DNA of 37,877 nt from Hyphomicrobiales bacterium (GTDB taxonomy: Bacteria; Pseudomonadota; Alphaproteobacteria; Rhizobiales; JALURZ01): NCBI GenBank assembly GCA_027058735.1, contig JALURZ010000052.1, positions 1 to 37,877 of the forward strand, in the 5' to 3' direction. Shown piece after piece: positions 25,775 through 36,481 of this stretch (positions within the stretch are counted from its first letter, which is position 1; every line of letters starts with the position of its first letter). The notes under the pieces were generated by a model that ran no database searches, had not been told where the DNA came from, and saw only the letters and a program-made list of their open reading frames with translations. The position numbers and the translations under genes are program-made.

Positions 25775-27244
25775 TCATGAGCGCCAGGACCCCGCACTGA
25801 ACAGCGACAGGACAATGAGAAGCTCAAGGCGCCCCACGATCATGCCGGCGGTCAGCACCGTTTTTGTCGCAACGGACAGGCCGGCGATCAGGTCGCCGTC
25901 CGCTCCCGCCGGTCCCAGCGCAATGGCCGGACCGGAGTTGGACACAATAGCAATGGCCAGCGCCAGGCTGTTTTGCAGGCTCAGGCCGTCAAGTGCAAGG
26001 GTCAGACTGATGACGATGGCAAAACCCAGATAAACCGAAAACAGAATCCAGACGGGTTTCACGACCCGTGGCGGTGTCGAACGGCCCGCCATGCGCACGA
26101 TCGATACGCCGTGGGGATGCACCAGCCTGTCGAGTTCGTGGCCCGACTGCTTAAGCAACATCGAGATGCGGAAGATTTTCAATCCCCCCGCGGTCGAAAA
26201 CGCGCATCCGCCCACCAGGGTCAGCATCAAAAGTGCGGTAATCGGAACCGGGATGGAAAAACCCGCAGAGGCATTGTCAAACCCGGTTGTCGAGACGATG
26301 GAGACGGCGCGAAACAGCGCAACCCTGAAGTTTTCCAGCAGCGATACCCCACTGCCCGCGCCCGCAACGACATGGTAGAATGTAAGCGCCAGCGCGGCCA
26401 CCAGGGCCAGCAGAACAAAACTTCCGCTTTCGCCCTGCAGGCTGTGCCGCGCGCCGCCGCGCGCAACCGTGGCCCGGTGCGCAACGATACTGGTGGCTCC
26501 CACCCCCATGAAAACAATCAATACGAACTCGACCATCGCCGAGCCATATTGCGCGATGCCGGCATCGCTCGGCAGGAAACCTCCGGTCGACAAAGTCGAG
26601 AGCGCCAGGCAAAGAGCTTCAAATCCCGGCACGCCGAAGGCCCACAGCGCGACAAAACAGGCGAATGTCAGCCCCGCGTATACGGGCAGGACGGTTGCGG
26701 TCACAGATTTGATCCGGCGCGGCAGATCGCTGCGCTCAAGAACCGGCAATTTGCCGAAGGCCGGCCCCGCGGGCCCGGAAATGCGGAATGGCGACAAGAT
26801 GAGCAGAATACTCAGCAGCACCAGCGCGCCTCCCAGCCATTGCAGAAGCGAACGCCAGAAAACGATCGTCCGGGGCAAGGCATCGACGCTTCCCAGAGCG
26901 CTCACGCCCGTCGTCGTCAGCCCCGAGGCGGATTCCATCAATGCGCCGATGAGGCCGGCCCGGGGAACGGCGAAGTAGATCGGCAGTGCCCCGCAGATCG
27001 CAAGCACCATCCAGACCAGCAGGAGCAGCACAACACTCTGTTGGCGGTCCACGGGCGCTGAATGGCCCCTAGCGCCGGCAATCAGGCCGCCGGCCAAAAA
27101 CATCGTGACCAGGCCGGATATGAAGAACGAACTGGCCTCGTTCCATTCGCCATGGCTCAGCGCCACCGCGAGCGGCACCAGCATGGCCGCAGCCAGAATC
27201 GCAACCGCCCAGCCAACGATATAGAGAACAGACGGATTGGGCAT
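25775..27244 (-). CDS. trkH: Trk system potassium uptake protein TrkH
   Basis: 489 aa polytopic membrane protein with repeated pore-loop segments (ASGLTTTGVS, LSTLSTGGF, VSIVSTTGF, FSTAGGLK), adjacent to trkA. Confidence 0.88.
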   Translation of the reverse strand: MPNPSVLYIVGWAVAILAAAMLVPLAVALSHGEWNEASSFFISGLVTMFLAGGLIAGARGHSAPVDRQQSVVLLLLVWMVLAICGALPIYFAVPRAGLIGALMESASGLTTTGVSALGSVDALPRTIVFWRSLLQWLGGALVLLSILLILSPFRISGPAGPAFGKLPVLERSDLPRRIKSVTATVLPVYAGLTFACFVALWAFGVPGFEALCLALSTLSTGGFLPSDAGIAQYGSAMVEFVLIVFMGVGATSIVAHRATVARGGARHSLQGESGSFVLLALVAALALTFYHVVAGAGSGVSLLENFRVALFRAVSIVSTTGFDNASAGFSIPVPITALLMLTLVGGCAFSTAGGLKIFRISMLLKQSGHELDRLVHPHGVSIVRMAGRSTPPRVVKPVWILFSVYLGFAIVISLTLALDGLSLQNSLALAIAIVSNSGPAIALGPAGADGDLIAGLSVATKTVLTAGMIVGRLELLIVLSLFSAGSWRS

Positions 27245-27250
27245 GGCGCT

Positions 27251-28627
27251 TTAGAAGAATTCGAGGCTGACGCGGAACATGTGCTCGACTTCGCGAACCT
27301 GTTCGGCAAGCACAAACATGACAATGCGGTCATGGGCTTCGATCTGGGTATTGCCGTCGGGCATGATGACCTTCTGGTTGCGCACGATGGCGCCGATCCG
27401 CATGCCATCGGGGAGCTGCGCCTCGCGCAGCGGCTGGCCGACGAGGGACGAGGTTTCGAGCGCTTCGGCCTCGATGATTTCGGCAGCCCCGTTCATCACC
27501 GAATAGACGCCACGGATACGGCCGCGGCGCACATGGCGCAGAATGCTCGACACCGTCGTGGCCTTTGGATTGATGATGGTATCGATGCCCAGCGAGCGGA
27601 CCGTGTCGTTGTAGTCTGTGTTGTTGATCAGGCTGGCGGTGCGCGCGGCCCCCTCGCGCTTGGCCATGACGCAGGAGAGAATATTGATCTGATCGTCATT
27701 GGTCAGCGCGATGAATTCCTCAACCTCGCCGATACCCGCCTCGCGCAGAATTTCCTGATCCAGCGCGCTGCCATGCAGAACGACGGCGCGCTTCAGCCGT
27801 TCGGCAATCTCGACCGCCCGGGTGTGGTCGGCCTCGATCATCTTGAGGCGGACATCCTGCCCGCGCTCCTCCAGCCGGCGGGCCACGTAAAGCCCGATAT
27901 TGCCGCCCCCGGCAATGACGATGCGGCGCGCCTGGATCTCTTCATGGCCGAAAATCTTGAGCGTGCGCGGCACCTGATCCCGGGCGGCGGCGAAAAACAC
28001 CTCGTCCCCGGCCAGCATCTGGTCGCCGCCGTGAGGAATGAATATTTTCCCCTGCCGCGATATGCCGATGACGACCGCCGTGAGATCGGGAAACAGTTCC
28101 GTCAACTGGCGCAACGGCGTATCGATGATCGGGCAATCGTTCTCGCAGATCACGCCGACCACCGAGACGATGCCCTCCACGAAGTGCAGGGTTTCAAACG
28201 CGCCCGGCAGCGCCAGTCTGCGCAACACCATTTCACCGGCGGCGATTTCAGGAGAAATAACCACATCGATGGGCACGTGATCGCGCGAAAACAGGCTCTG
28301 CCAGACCGGTTGCAGATAGCTCTGGGCGCGGACCCGCGCGACCTTGGTCGGTATCTCGAACAGCGAGTGGGCCACCTGGCACGCCATCATGTTGACCTCA
28401 TCGGTGAAGGTCGCCGCGATCAGCATGTCGGCGTCTTCCGCGCCGGCGCGCTGCAGGTCGTCGGGATGGGCGGCATGGCCGACAAAGCCGCGCACATCCA
28501 GCCTGTCGGTGATCATCTGAATGAGTTCGTCTGAACTGTCGACGACGGTGACATCGTTCTGCTCGCGCGAAAGCCGTTCGGCGATGCCGAAGCCGACCTG
28601 TCCTGCGCCGCACACGATCACTTTCAT
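27251..28627 (-). CDS. trkA: Trk system potassium uptake protein TrkA (tandem RCK/NAD-binding domains)
   Basis: MKVIVCGAGQVGFGIAERL and a second Rossmann fold, IVIAGGGNIGLYVARRLE. 458 aa. Confidence 0.92.
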   Translation of the reverse strand: MKVIVCGAGQVGFGIAERLSREQNDVTVVDSSDELIQMITDRLDVRGFVGHAAHPDDLQRAGAEDADMLIAATFTDEVNMMACQVAHSLFEIPTKVARVRAQSYLQPVWQSLFSRDHVPIDVVISPEIAAGEMVLRRLALPGAFETLHFVEGIVSVVGVICENDCPIIDTPLRQLTELFPDLTAVVIGISRQGKIFIPHGGDQMLAGDEVFFAAARDQVPRTLKIFGHEEIQARRIVIAGGGNIGLYVARRLEERGQDVRLKMIEADHTRAVEIAERLKRAVVLHGSALDQEILREAGIGEVEEFIALTNDDQINILSCVMAKREGAARTASLINNTDYNDTVRSLGIDTIINPKATTVSSILRHVRRGRIRGVYSVMNGAAEIIEAEALETSSLVGQPLREAQLPDGMRIGAIVRNQKVIMPDGNTQIEAHDRIVMFVLAEQVREVEHMFRVSLEFF

Positions 28628-28731
28628 GGGACAACCGCCTGAGTGAAGAAACGCGCCGTCGATAAGGCTGGCGCTAAACTATATCGGGAACGGGCCGGGC
28701 AAAAGCGAAATAACCGCCCCGGAGGCAGGGC

Positions 28732-30129
28732 TCAGTTCTGTTGCACGACGGCCGGCCGGCCGCTGGCCGGCACCCCGAGCGATTTCAGCTTCCGGTGCAG
28801 GGCGGATCTTTCCATGCCGACAAAACTGGCGGTCTTGGAGATATTGCCTCCGAACCGCGTCACCTGGGCAATCAGATATTCGCGCTCGAATACCTCGCGC
28901 GCATCGCGCAGGGGCAGCGTCATCAGATGCTCGCCGCCTGGATTGTGAACCTGGGGAGGCGCTGACTCGCCGACCTCGCTGGGCAGCATCTCAGGGGTAA
29001 TCACCTCCTCCGGATCGCCGTTCACGAGGATCATCAGCCGTTCGATGTTATTGCGCAACTGGCGGACATTTCCCGGCCAGTCGTGGGCCTGCAAGGCGGC
29101 AATCGTATCGTCTCCCATCTTACGGATGGGCAGCCCCGACATCTGCGAGAAGCGTGTCATGAAAAAGGACGCCAGTTCGGGAATATCCTCCCGCCTGTCC
29201 TTGAGCGGCGGGATCGCGATCGGCACGACATTGAGGCGGTGATACAGGTCTTCGCGCAGCCGGCCCGATGCAACCTCGCCCGGCAGATTGCGGCTCGACG
29301 ACGTCACGATCCGCACATCGACCTCGACCCGGCGCTCGCCGCCCACCCGGTGGAAGGTCTGGTCCACCAGAACCCGCAGGATCTTGCCCTGGGTTTCAAG
29401 CGGCATATCGGCGAGTTCGTCGATGAACAGCGTTCCCCCATGGGCTTCTTCCAGCGAGCCGATTTTCCGCGCGGCGCCCTGTTCCTCGGTGCCGAATATT
29501 TCCAGTTCCATGCGTTCGGGCGTAATCGTCGCCGCATTCAGTACGGTGAACGGACCCTCAGCCCTGTGGGAGCAGGCATGAAGCAGCCTGGCGGCGGTTT
29601 CCTTGCCCGACCCCGAGGGACCCGAAATCAGCACCCGGCTGTTCGTTGGCGCGACCTTCTCGATGGCCTGGCGAACCTGCTTCATGGCCAGCGATTCGCC
29701 GATCAGCGCATTGTCCTGGATGGAATGGCGTTTGAGGTCCTCGTTTTCACGCACCAGCCGGTAGTTTTCCAGCGCCCGCGTGACCACCAGGATAAGCCGG
29801 TCCGCCTTGAACGGCTTTTCCACATAGTCATAGGCCCCGCGGCGGATAGCGGAAACCGCGGTTTCAATATTTCCGTGCCCGCTGATGATGACGACCGGAA
29901 GCTCGGGATGGGCGCTCTTGATGGCGTCGAGCACCTCAAGACCGTCCAGCCTGCTGCCCTGAAGCCAGATATCGAGCACGACAAGCGAGGGACGGCGATC
30001 TTCCAGCGCGGCCAGCGCGGCATCGCTGTCCGAGGCCGTGCGCGCCTTGAAACCTTCGTCCTCGAGAATGCCCGCGATGAGTTCGCGAATATCGGCTTCA
30101 TCATCGACGATCAGGATATCTGACGCCAT
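28732..30129 (-). CDS. ntrX: Response regulator NtrX (REC - AAA+ - Fis-type HTH); lacks the GAFTGA sigma54-contact motif
   Basis: REC domain ILIVDDEADIRELI...VVLDIWL. Walker A GPSGSGKETAARLLH. C-terminal HTH GNISKTASFVGMERSALHRKLKSLG. The GAFTGA position reads FGTEEQGAARKIGSLE (29449-29496). Confidence 0.9.
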   Translation of the reverse strand: MASDILIVDDEADIRELIAGILEDEGFKARTASDSDAALAALEDRRPSLVVLDIWLQGSRLDGLEVLDAIKSAHPELPVVIISGHGNIETAVSAIRRGAYDYVEKPFKADRLILVVTRALENYRLVRENEDLKRHSIQDNALIGESLAMKQVRQAIEKVAPTNSRVLISGPSGSGKETAARLLHACSHRAEGPFTVLNAATITPERMELEIFGTEEQGAARKIGSLEEAHGGTLFIDELADMPLETQGKILRVLVDQTFHRVGGERRVEVDVRIVTSSSRNLPGEVASGRLREDLYHRLNVVPIAIPPLKDRREDIPELASFFMTRFSQMSGLPIRKMGDDTIAALQAHDWPGNVRQLRNNIERLMILVNGDPEEVITPEMLPSEVGESAPPQVHNPGGEHLMTLPLRDAREVFEREYLIAQVTRFGGNISKTASFVGMERSALHRKLKSLGVPASGRPAVVQQN

Positions 30130-30150
30130 TTGCGCCTACTCCCCTCTTGG

Positions 30151-32451
30151 TTACGCATTAACTTTCGTCTTTTTCTCCCGCGCCCGGCGCGATCGACTGG
30201 CGGATGCGCCGGCCGCCGGCGGGACGGCGCTGGTCAGCGGTATTTCAATTCTCACCCGCGCCCCTGTTTCCCCTTTGGCCAATCCCGGCGCGTCGTCCAG
30301 CACAAGCCGTCCGCCATGCTCTTCGGTGATCTTCATGACGATAGCAAGGCCAAGGCCCGTACCCTTCTCGCGGGTCGTAATATAGGGCTCGACGAGGCGC
30401 CGCCTGTCCTCCACCGGCAACCCGATACCGTTGTCGATCACCTCGATCAGCGCGCTGTCCTTCTGACGATCGACCCGTACCGTGATTTTCCCCTTCAGAC
30501 CAGCCTCGGAGCGTTGTCTGGTCTCGATGGACTCGGTTGCATTCTTGACCAGATTTGTGACCGCCTGGGCAATGAGACGCCGGTCAACCGCAACGATGAT
30601 GGGTTTTTTGGGACGCTTCATGTCCAGTGATATCGCCGATTGGCTGACCTGTTGCAGGAACACCGATTCGCGTACCACCTCGCCGAGATCGTGGGGTTCC
30701 AGAACCGCCTTGGGCATGCGGGCGAAAGAGGAAAATTCATCGACCATGCGCCCGATATCGCCGACCTGGCGAATGATGGTCTGGGTGCATTGTTCGAATA
30801 TTTCCCGGTCCTCGCGGATGACACGGCCATATTTGCGCCGCAGGCGCTCGGCCGAAAGCTGGATGGGGGTCAGCGGATTCTTGATTTCATGGGCGATGCG
30901 CCTGGCGATATCGGCCCAGGCCGAGCTTCTCTGCGCGGTGACCAGTTCGGTTATTTCATCGAAGGTAACGACATAACCGTGAATCCGGCGGCCATCGTGT
31001 TCCGTCGTCACGCGAACGGTCAAGATGCGTTCGGCGCCATCGCGGCGCAGCGTGACCTGGCCTTCCGCGTCGCCGCGCGCCTTTTTCAGGGCGCGGGCGA
31101 ATATGGGCGCGAATTCGGGTATGACGCGGGTGAATTGCTTGTTCAGCAGCCGGTCTTCCTCGATATCGAGAAGGCGCAGCGCCGACCGGTTGGCCAGATT
31201 GATGCGTTTGTTCTTGCCCAGCCCGATGACCCCGGCGCTCACTCCTGACAAAACCGCTTCGGTAAACCGCCGCCGTTCGTCGAGTTGCACATTTGCGCTG
31301 ACCAGTTCATCGCGCTGCGTTCGCAATTGCGTCGTCATCCGGTTGAAAGTCAGGCCAAGGGTCGCAAGATCCCCCTCCCCCCGGCCAACCGGCACCTCGA
31401 CATCCAGCACCCCTTCGGAGACTTTCTGGGCGGCGGTCACCAGCCGGCTGATGGGTTGAATCAGCCGGTCGGCCACCCGGATGGCGAACCAGACGGCGGC
31501 CAGCAGAAATATCAGCGAAACGCCGACATACATCAGGGCAAAAGTAAACTGCACACTGCCGCGGCGATCCTCCATGCGGTCATATTCGGATTTGCCGACG
31601 AACGCCGTGCCGATGCTCTCCAGAACCCGCGGATCGACATAGCGGTACACAACCAGGAAAAACTCTTCATCAAAGCCGTCAAGCTTGCCCACCGCCGTCA
31701 CCCGGTTTGTATCGCCAGGCGGTATGACGACCACTTCTCCCGCCGCGGCTTGTTCGAGGATTTCCTTCGCCACCGGCGCAAGGGGCGGCTCTTGAGACAG
31801 GGAAACCTCCATGCGCACGACCGAATTTTGATCGATGATATAGGCGGCCGCCAGACGGCGAACGCCCGTCTGAATGGTCAGAATGCGGCGAAAACGGCGC
31901 CGGTCCGTCATATACAGGTCGATGCGCTGGTTCAATACATTGATCATGTTGTCCGCATCGATGCGAATGACCTGGCCGTGTTCCTGAACATAGGAACGCG
32001 CGACACTCAGCGCATTGTCGACAATGGTGCGCGTGCGTTCCGAAAACCAGGCATCCAGCCCCCGGTCGAGTGTAACGCTGGCGAACACGGCGACCAGGAT
32101 CGCCGGGATAGCCGCCACGATCGAGAACATTGAAACCAGACGCACATGAAGTCTCGCACCGGCCACCTTGCGGCGGCGGGCGATGGAAATATCGACTACA
32201 TGCCAGGTAATCAGCCCGATCAGCGCCGTCACCGTGCCGGCATTGATGATCATCAAGGCGATGACCACCGGCGGGTCGGGCGAAATCGGCGTCAGGCCGG
32301 TGAGAATGGAAAAGGTGACAAGCCCCAGCAAGATCGCCAGCGACACGACCGCGATGCCCAGCCACGCGCGGACCCGCCGCAAATTCTTCGTGCGCCGGCC
32401 GGCTGCGTCGAACCGCGACATTTCGACGCCTTGATCGATCGTGGTCGCCAT
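30151..32451 (-). CDS. ntrY: Sensor histidine kinase NtrY (TM - HAMP - PAS - HisKA - HATPase)
   Basis: H-box [46 protein letters not shown] and GTGLGLAIVMKITEEHGG, with several N-terminal TM helices. The start is ambiguous: in-frame ATGs at 32523, 32451 and 32421. The ORF-track start at 32655 is very unlikely. Confidence 0.88.
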   Translation of the reverse strand: MATTIDQGVEMSRFDAAGRRTKNLRRVRAWLGIAVVSLAILLGLVTFSILTGLTPISPDPPVVIALMIINAGTVTALIGLITWHVVDISIARRRKVAGARLHVRLVSMFSIVAAIPAILVAVFASVTLDRGLDAWFSERTRTIVDNALSVARSYVQEHGQVIRIDADNMINVLNQRIDLYMTDRRRFRRILTIQTGVRRLAAAYIIDQNSVVRMEVSLSQEPPLAPVAKEILEQAAAGEVVVIPPGDTNRVTAVGKLDGFDEEFFLVVYRYVDPRVLESIGTAFVGKSEYDRMEDRRGSVQFTFALMYVGVSLIFLLAAVWFAIRVADRLIQPISRLVTAAQKVSEGVLDVEVPVGRGEGDLATLGLTFNRMTTQLRTQRDELVSANVQLDERRRFTEAVLSGVSAGVIGLGKNKRINLANRSALRLLDIEEDRLLNKQFTRVIPEFAPIFARALKKARGDAEGQVTLRRDGAERILTVRVTTEHDGRRIHGYVVTFDEITELVTAQRSSAWADIARRIAHEIKNPLTPIQLSAERLRRKYGRVIREDREIFEQCTQTIIRQVGDIGRMVDEFSSFARMPKAVLEPHDLGEVVRESVFLQQVSQSAISLDMKRPKKPIIVAVDRRLIAQAVTNLVKNATESIETRQRSEAGLKGKITVRVDRQKDSALIEVIDNGIGLPVEDRRRLVEPYITTREKGTGLGLAIVMKITEEHGGRLVLDDAPGLAKGETGARVRIEIPLTSAVPPAAGASASRSRRAREKKTKVNA

Positions 32452-32640
32452 CAGGATTTGCACGCTCAAGTGTTGCAACCCGCGTTTCCGCCGGGTTCGT
32501 TCATGTTCGTCGGCTCCGTTCATACGGGCCGATTCAGGCCATATTCCGGCGCTCACGCGAGGGCGCAACATGCCAACCGCCAGCGACAACGGCAATTGCG
32601 ATGCTCTCACGCCGCCAGATAATGGCAAATAAATCACAAT

Positions 32641-32656
32641 GTTGCAGAAATGCAAC
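32641..32656. promoter_or_regulatory. Inverted repeat GTTGCA-N4-TGCAAC next to an AT-rich patch in the ntrC-ntrY intergenic region
   Basis: Read directly. A second self-complementary GTTGCAAC lies at 32472-32479 just upstream of the ntrY start candidates. Function is not established. Confidence 0.35.
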
Positions 32657-32710
32657 TAGTTTCGGTCTCCGCCGCCGATCATCTGCGCCCCCGGTATCGC
32701 CACGGACGGC

Positions 32711-34159
32711 CTAGTTTTGCGGGCCGCGCAACACCTGGATATCCAGTTCGCGGATTTTCTTGCGTAACGTGTTGCGGTTCATGCCCAGCAGCGCGGCGGT
32801 TTGAATCTGGTTGCCGGACGTGGCGGCCAGCGCCATGCGGATCAACGGAGTTTCCACATCGCGCAATATGCGCCTGTAGAGGCCGGCGGGAGGCAGGTCC
32901 TCGCCGAATTCGGCAAAATATCGCACCAAATATCCCTCCAGCAGTTCACGGATGCTGTCGCCGGGGGGCAGTTCGGCGGGTCCGCCATCGTTTTCCGCCT
33001 CCGCCAGTTCGGCCGCGATCGTCTGCGCGGCAATCACATCCTGCGAATAGAGCGCGGCCACCCGGCGCACGAGATTTTCCAGTTCGCGCACATTTCCCGG
33101 CCAGCGATGCTTTTTCAGAACATCGAGCGCGCCCGCATCGAGACGTTTCGCCGGCAGCCCTTCCGATGCCGCGCGAGCGAGAAAATGCCGCACCAGGTCG
33201 GGAATGTCCTCCACCCGCTCGCGCAGCGCCGGCAATCTGATCGGCACGACATTGAGGCGGTAGAACAGATCCTCGCGAAAAGCCCCAACGGAGATCTGCC
33301 GGCGCAAATCGCGATTTGAGGCCGCCACGATCCGCACATCGGTCTTGACCGGAACACGCCCCCCCAGCGTTGTGAATTCGCCCTCCTGAAGCACGCGCAG
33401 CAGGCGGGTCTGGGCGGCCATGGGCATATCGCCGATCTCATCGAGAAAAAGCGTGCCCGCCTCGGCCAGTTCGAAGCGCCCGGCAGTACGCGCGCCGGCG
33501 CCGGTAAACGCCCCTTTTTCATGGCCAAACAGTTCAGACTCGATCAGTTCATGAGGAATTGCCGCCATGTTGACCGCGACAAAGGGGCCGTGGCGGCGCC
33601 TGCCGTAATCATGCAGGACGCGCGCCACCAGTTCTTTTCCCGTGCCCGATTCGCCGGAAATCATCACCGTGAGGTCGGTGCGCACGAGGCGGGCAAGCGC
33701 CCGGTAAATTTCCTGCATCGCCGCGGAGCGGCCGATCAGCGGCAGTTTGTCGGCATCATCGGGCTGGTTCCCAAGCGGGGCCTGGCCGGCTTTCGGGTTC
33801 TTCAGGGCCTGGCCGACAATGCTCACAAGTTCGTTCAGATCGAACGGCTTGGGCAGATATTCCCAGGCCCCGCGCTCAGCCGCGCTGATGGCGGTGAGCA
33901 GGGTGTTTTGGGCGCTCATGATGATGACCGGCAGTTCGGGGCGCGCCTTCTTCATGCGCGGCAGCAGGTCAAACGCATTCTCATCGGGCAGCACGACATC
34001 GCTGACCACCACATCGCCTTCGCCCTGCGACACCCAGCGCCACAGGGTCGCGGCATTGCCGGTGGAGCGCACCACATAGCCCGCCCGCGTCAGCGCCTGA
34101 CTGAGAACCGTGCGAATCGAGCCGTCGTCGTCGGCCACCAGAACCGTCGGATCAGGCAT
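32711..34159 (-). CDS. ntrC: Nitrogen regulation response regulator NtrC (sigma54-dependent activator)
   Basis: REC domain [14 protein letters not shown]. Walker [22 protein letters not shown] is present (33497-33514). C-terminal Fis [29 protein letters not shown] 34159 overlaps the ntrB stop (ATGA); the ORF-track start at 34246 lies inside ntrB. Confidence 0.93.
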   Translation of the reverse strand: MPDPTVLVADDDGSIRTVLSQALTRAGYVVRSTGNAATLWRWVSQGEGDVVVSDVVLPDENAFDLLPRMKKARPELPVIIMSAQNTLLTAISAAERGAWEYLPKPFDLNELVSIVGQALKNPKAGQAPLGNQPDDADKLPLIGRSAAMQEIYRALARLVRTDLTVMISGESGTGKELVARVLHDYGRRRHGPFVAVNMAAIPHELIESELFGHEKGAFTGAGARTAGRFELAEAGTLFLDEIGDMPMAAQTRLLRVLQEGEFTTLGGRVPVKTDVRIVAASNRDLRRQISVGAFREDLFYRLNVVPIRLPALRERVEDIPDLVRHFLARAASEGLPAKRLDAGALDVLKKHRWPGNVRELENLVRRVAALYSQDVIAAQTIAAELAEAENDGGPAELPPGDSIRELLEGYLVRYFAEFGEDLPPAGLYRRILRDVETPLIRMALAATSGNQIQTAALLGMNRNTLRKKIRELDIQVLRGPQN

Positions 34160-35301
34160 CACTCCGCTCTCCCGTTGCTGTCGTGGCGCGGCCGGTGCAT
34201 GGGCAGCAACACCCGGAACAGTGTGTGCCGCCGCCTTTCCAGGCATTCGATCGTGCCGCCATGATCGCCGATGATTTTCGCCACCAGCGCCAGCCCCAGC
34301 CCGCTGCCCTCCGCCTTGGTGGTCACGAAGGGGTCGAATATATGGGCCCGCAGGTCATCGGGCACGCCGCTGCCATTGTCCGCCACGCAAAATTCGAGCG
34401 GCAGGGCGACCGCGGCGCTGCTGGCCGGCAGGCTCAGGCGCACACCGCTGCGAAACGCGGAGGTCAATATTATCCGCCCCCCCGATTTGCGCCCCCGAAC
34501 AGCCTCGGCCGCGTTCTTGACCAGATTGAGAAAAACCTGGATCAACTGATCGCGATTGCCCATGACGGGGGGAAGCGAGGGGTCGTAATCTTGGGAAATG
34601 GCGATCGAGCGGGCAAATCCGCTGGCCGCGATCTGTCTCACATGGTCCAGAACCGCGTGCATGTTGACGGGCTCCATGGCCACCGGGCGCTCGTCGCTGA
34701 ACACCTCCATGCGGTCCACCAGAGCGCAAATCCGGTCGGTCTCCTGGCAGATCAGGCGGGTCAGGGACCTGTCGTCCTCGCGCAGACCCGGTTCGAGCAG
34801 TTGTGCAGCGCCGCGAATGCCCGACAGGGGATTCTTGATTTCATGCGCCAGCATGGATGCCATGCCCCGTGCCGAACGCGCGGCGCCCCGGTGGGTCAAC
34901 TGGCGGTCGATCTTGCGGGCAATGGAGCGGGGCTGCACCACGAGCAGAACATGGCCCGGGTGTTCTGGAATGCACCCGGCGTGCAGATCGACAATATGAC
35001 GGCCCTGCACCGCGCGCATCTCCAGATTGAGCGCATATTCGTTGACCGACGCGCCCTGGCTTCTGACCTGGGCGACCAGGCCGCACACCGTGCTGTCGGC
35101 GCTCACCAGTTGGTCGAGACGGCGCTGGCGCAAGACCGGCGCGCCCATGCCCAGCAGGGCTTCCGCCGGCGCATTGGCATAGGCGATTAGATCATCGGGG
35201 GCGACGATGAAGACCGGATGAGGCAGCGCATCGAGTACGATTTGCGCATTGAGCCCCCGGTTCTCGCTCACCGGTGTGCCGGCGGCCGCCGAACGCATCA
35301 T
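34159..35301 (-). CDS. ntrB: Nitrogen regulation sensor histidine kinase NtrB
   Basis: N-terminal PAS ([12 protein letters not shown]), H-box [39 protein letters not shown] and [18 protein letters not shown]. The start overlaps the dusB stop (ATGA). Confidence 0.92.
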   Translation of the reverse strand: MMRSAAAGTPVSENRGLNAQIVLDALPHPVFIVAPDDLIAYANAPAEALLGMGAPVLRQRRLDQLVSADSTVCGLVAQVRSQGASVNEYALNLEMRAVQGRHIVDLHAGCIPEHPGHVLLVVQPRSIARKIDRQLTHRGAARSARGMASMLAHEIKNPLSGIRGAAQLLEPGLREDDRSLTRLICQETDRICALVDRMEVFSDERPVAMEPVNMHAVLDHVRQIAASGFARSIAISQDYDPSLPPVMGNRDQLIQVFLNLVKNAAEAVRGRKSGGRIILTSAFRSGVRLSLPASSAAVALPLEFCVADNGSGVPDDLRAHIFDPFVTTKAEGSGLGLALVAKIIGDHGGTIECLERRRHTLFRVLLPMHRPRHDSNGRAE

Positions 35302-36311
35302 GCGACCTTCCGCTCCGGGTCTGCGCGAAACAGCGCGTCAATATGCCGGTGAACCCGATCGGGATTGTCTTCGCGGCACAGCCTGGCACGCCAGTATCCG
35401 ATCGACCGGGCATCGCAGCCCCCCCTGTCGCGCAGGGTCGTTTCGATATACCACCCCAGATGCTTGCGCGCGCAACGCACGCCAATCTCGCGCCCGTAGT
35501 GAACCAGCATGGCATCGTAATGTTCATGAACAAGGGTGCTGCGCAGGGCGAGATCCAGGCCCTGGTTCTGCTTGCCGGTTTCCAGAAACTCCGCGATCTG
35601 TCCGGGAAACCAGGGCCGTCCACGGGCGCCGCGGCCGATCATCAGCCCGTCGGCGCGCGATTGCTCGAGGATGCGCGCAGCACCGGTGAAATCGGTGACG
35701 TCGCCATTGGCGATCACCGGGATCGAGACCGCCTCCTTGACCGCGCGTATGGAACGCCAGTCCGCGGTGCCGTTGAAAAACTGGCTGCGGGTGCGCCCGT
35801 GAACGCTCACCATCTGAACGCCCGCCCGCTCGGCGAGCCGCGCCAGTTCCGGCGCGTTTCGCGACCGATCGTCCCAGCCAAGACGCATTTTCAGCGTCAC
35901 CGGAACGCGCGCAGCGCCAACGCTTGCCTCGATCAGACGCACTGCCAGCGGCAGATCGCGCATCAGCGCCGATCCGGAAAGGCCGCGGGTAACCTGACGC
36001 GCCGGGCAGCCCATATTGATATCGATGATATCCGCGCCCAAGCCTTCCGCGATGCGCGCGCCCTCCGCCATCCAGCGCGGCTCGCGGCCGGCAAGCTGGA
36101 TCACGCGCGGGCTTGTGCGCGCATCGCCATGGAGGCGGTGCAGCGCAGCCGGTCTGGAGGCCGCCAGATCCGCACTGGCGATCATTTCCGAAACCACCAG
36201 GCCTGCGCCCAGCTCATGGGCCAGGCGGCGAAAAGGCGCATCCGTGATCCCCGACATCGGCGCCAGGAAAACCGCGTTGCGGGTGGTGATGGGGCCAATT
36301 GCAATGCCCAT
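35298..36311 (-). CDS. dusB: tRNA-dihydrouridine synthase B (NifR3 family)
   Basis: [38 protein letters not shown] and [10 protein letters not shown] motifs. It sits in the classical nifR3-ntrB-ntrC operon position. Confidence 0.92.
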   Translation of the reverse strand: MGIAIGPITTRNAVFLAPMSGITDAPFRRLAHELGAGLVVSEMIASADLAASRPAALHRLHGDARTSPRVIQLAGREPRWMAEGARIAEGLGADIIDINMGCPARQVTRGLSGSALMRDLPLAVRLIEASVGAARVPVTLKMRLGWDDRSRNAPELARLAERAGVQMVSVHGRTRSQFFNGTADWRSIRAVKEAVSIPVIANGDVTDFTGAARILEQSRADGLMIGRGARGRPWFPGQIAEFLETGKQNQGLDLALRSTLVHEHYDAMLVHYGREIGVRCARKHLGWYIETTLRDRGGCDARSIGYWRARLCREDNPDRVHRHIDALFRADPERKVA

Positions 36312-36481
36312 AAATTAGGCACCCTTTAGTCTCTGTCCAAAACTTATGCAATCTATACGGCTATTTCCGCCGGCCGGCAAGCCGGCGCCTCCATGTCCGG
36401 GGGGAGCGGCTTGCCAGAGCCCGGTTTTCGGCGGATAACGGGTCCGGCATCTCTTTGTCCAGCCGGGCGGGAAACGAACCC

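Noticed and set aside
32452-32655. N-terminal extensions of ORF-track calls. Examples are ntrY from 32655, ntrC from 34246, hfq from 24643, metG from 18688, rlpA from 14585, the carboxypeptidase from 15632, ispDF from 36455 and DUF1326 from 4841.
   Set aside because: The track takes the most upstream start codon. The extensions overlap upstream genes or add non-homologous residues ahead of well-known N-termini, signal peptides or lipoboxes. Internal ATGs fit better.
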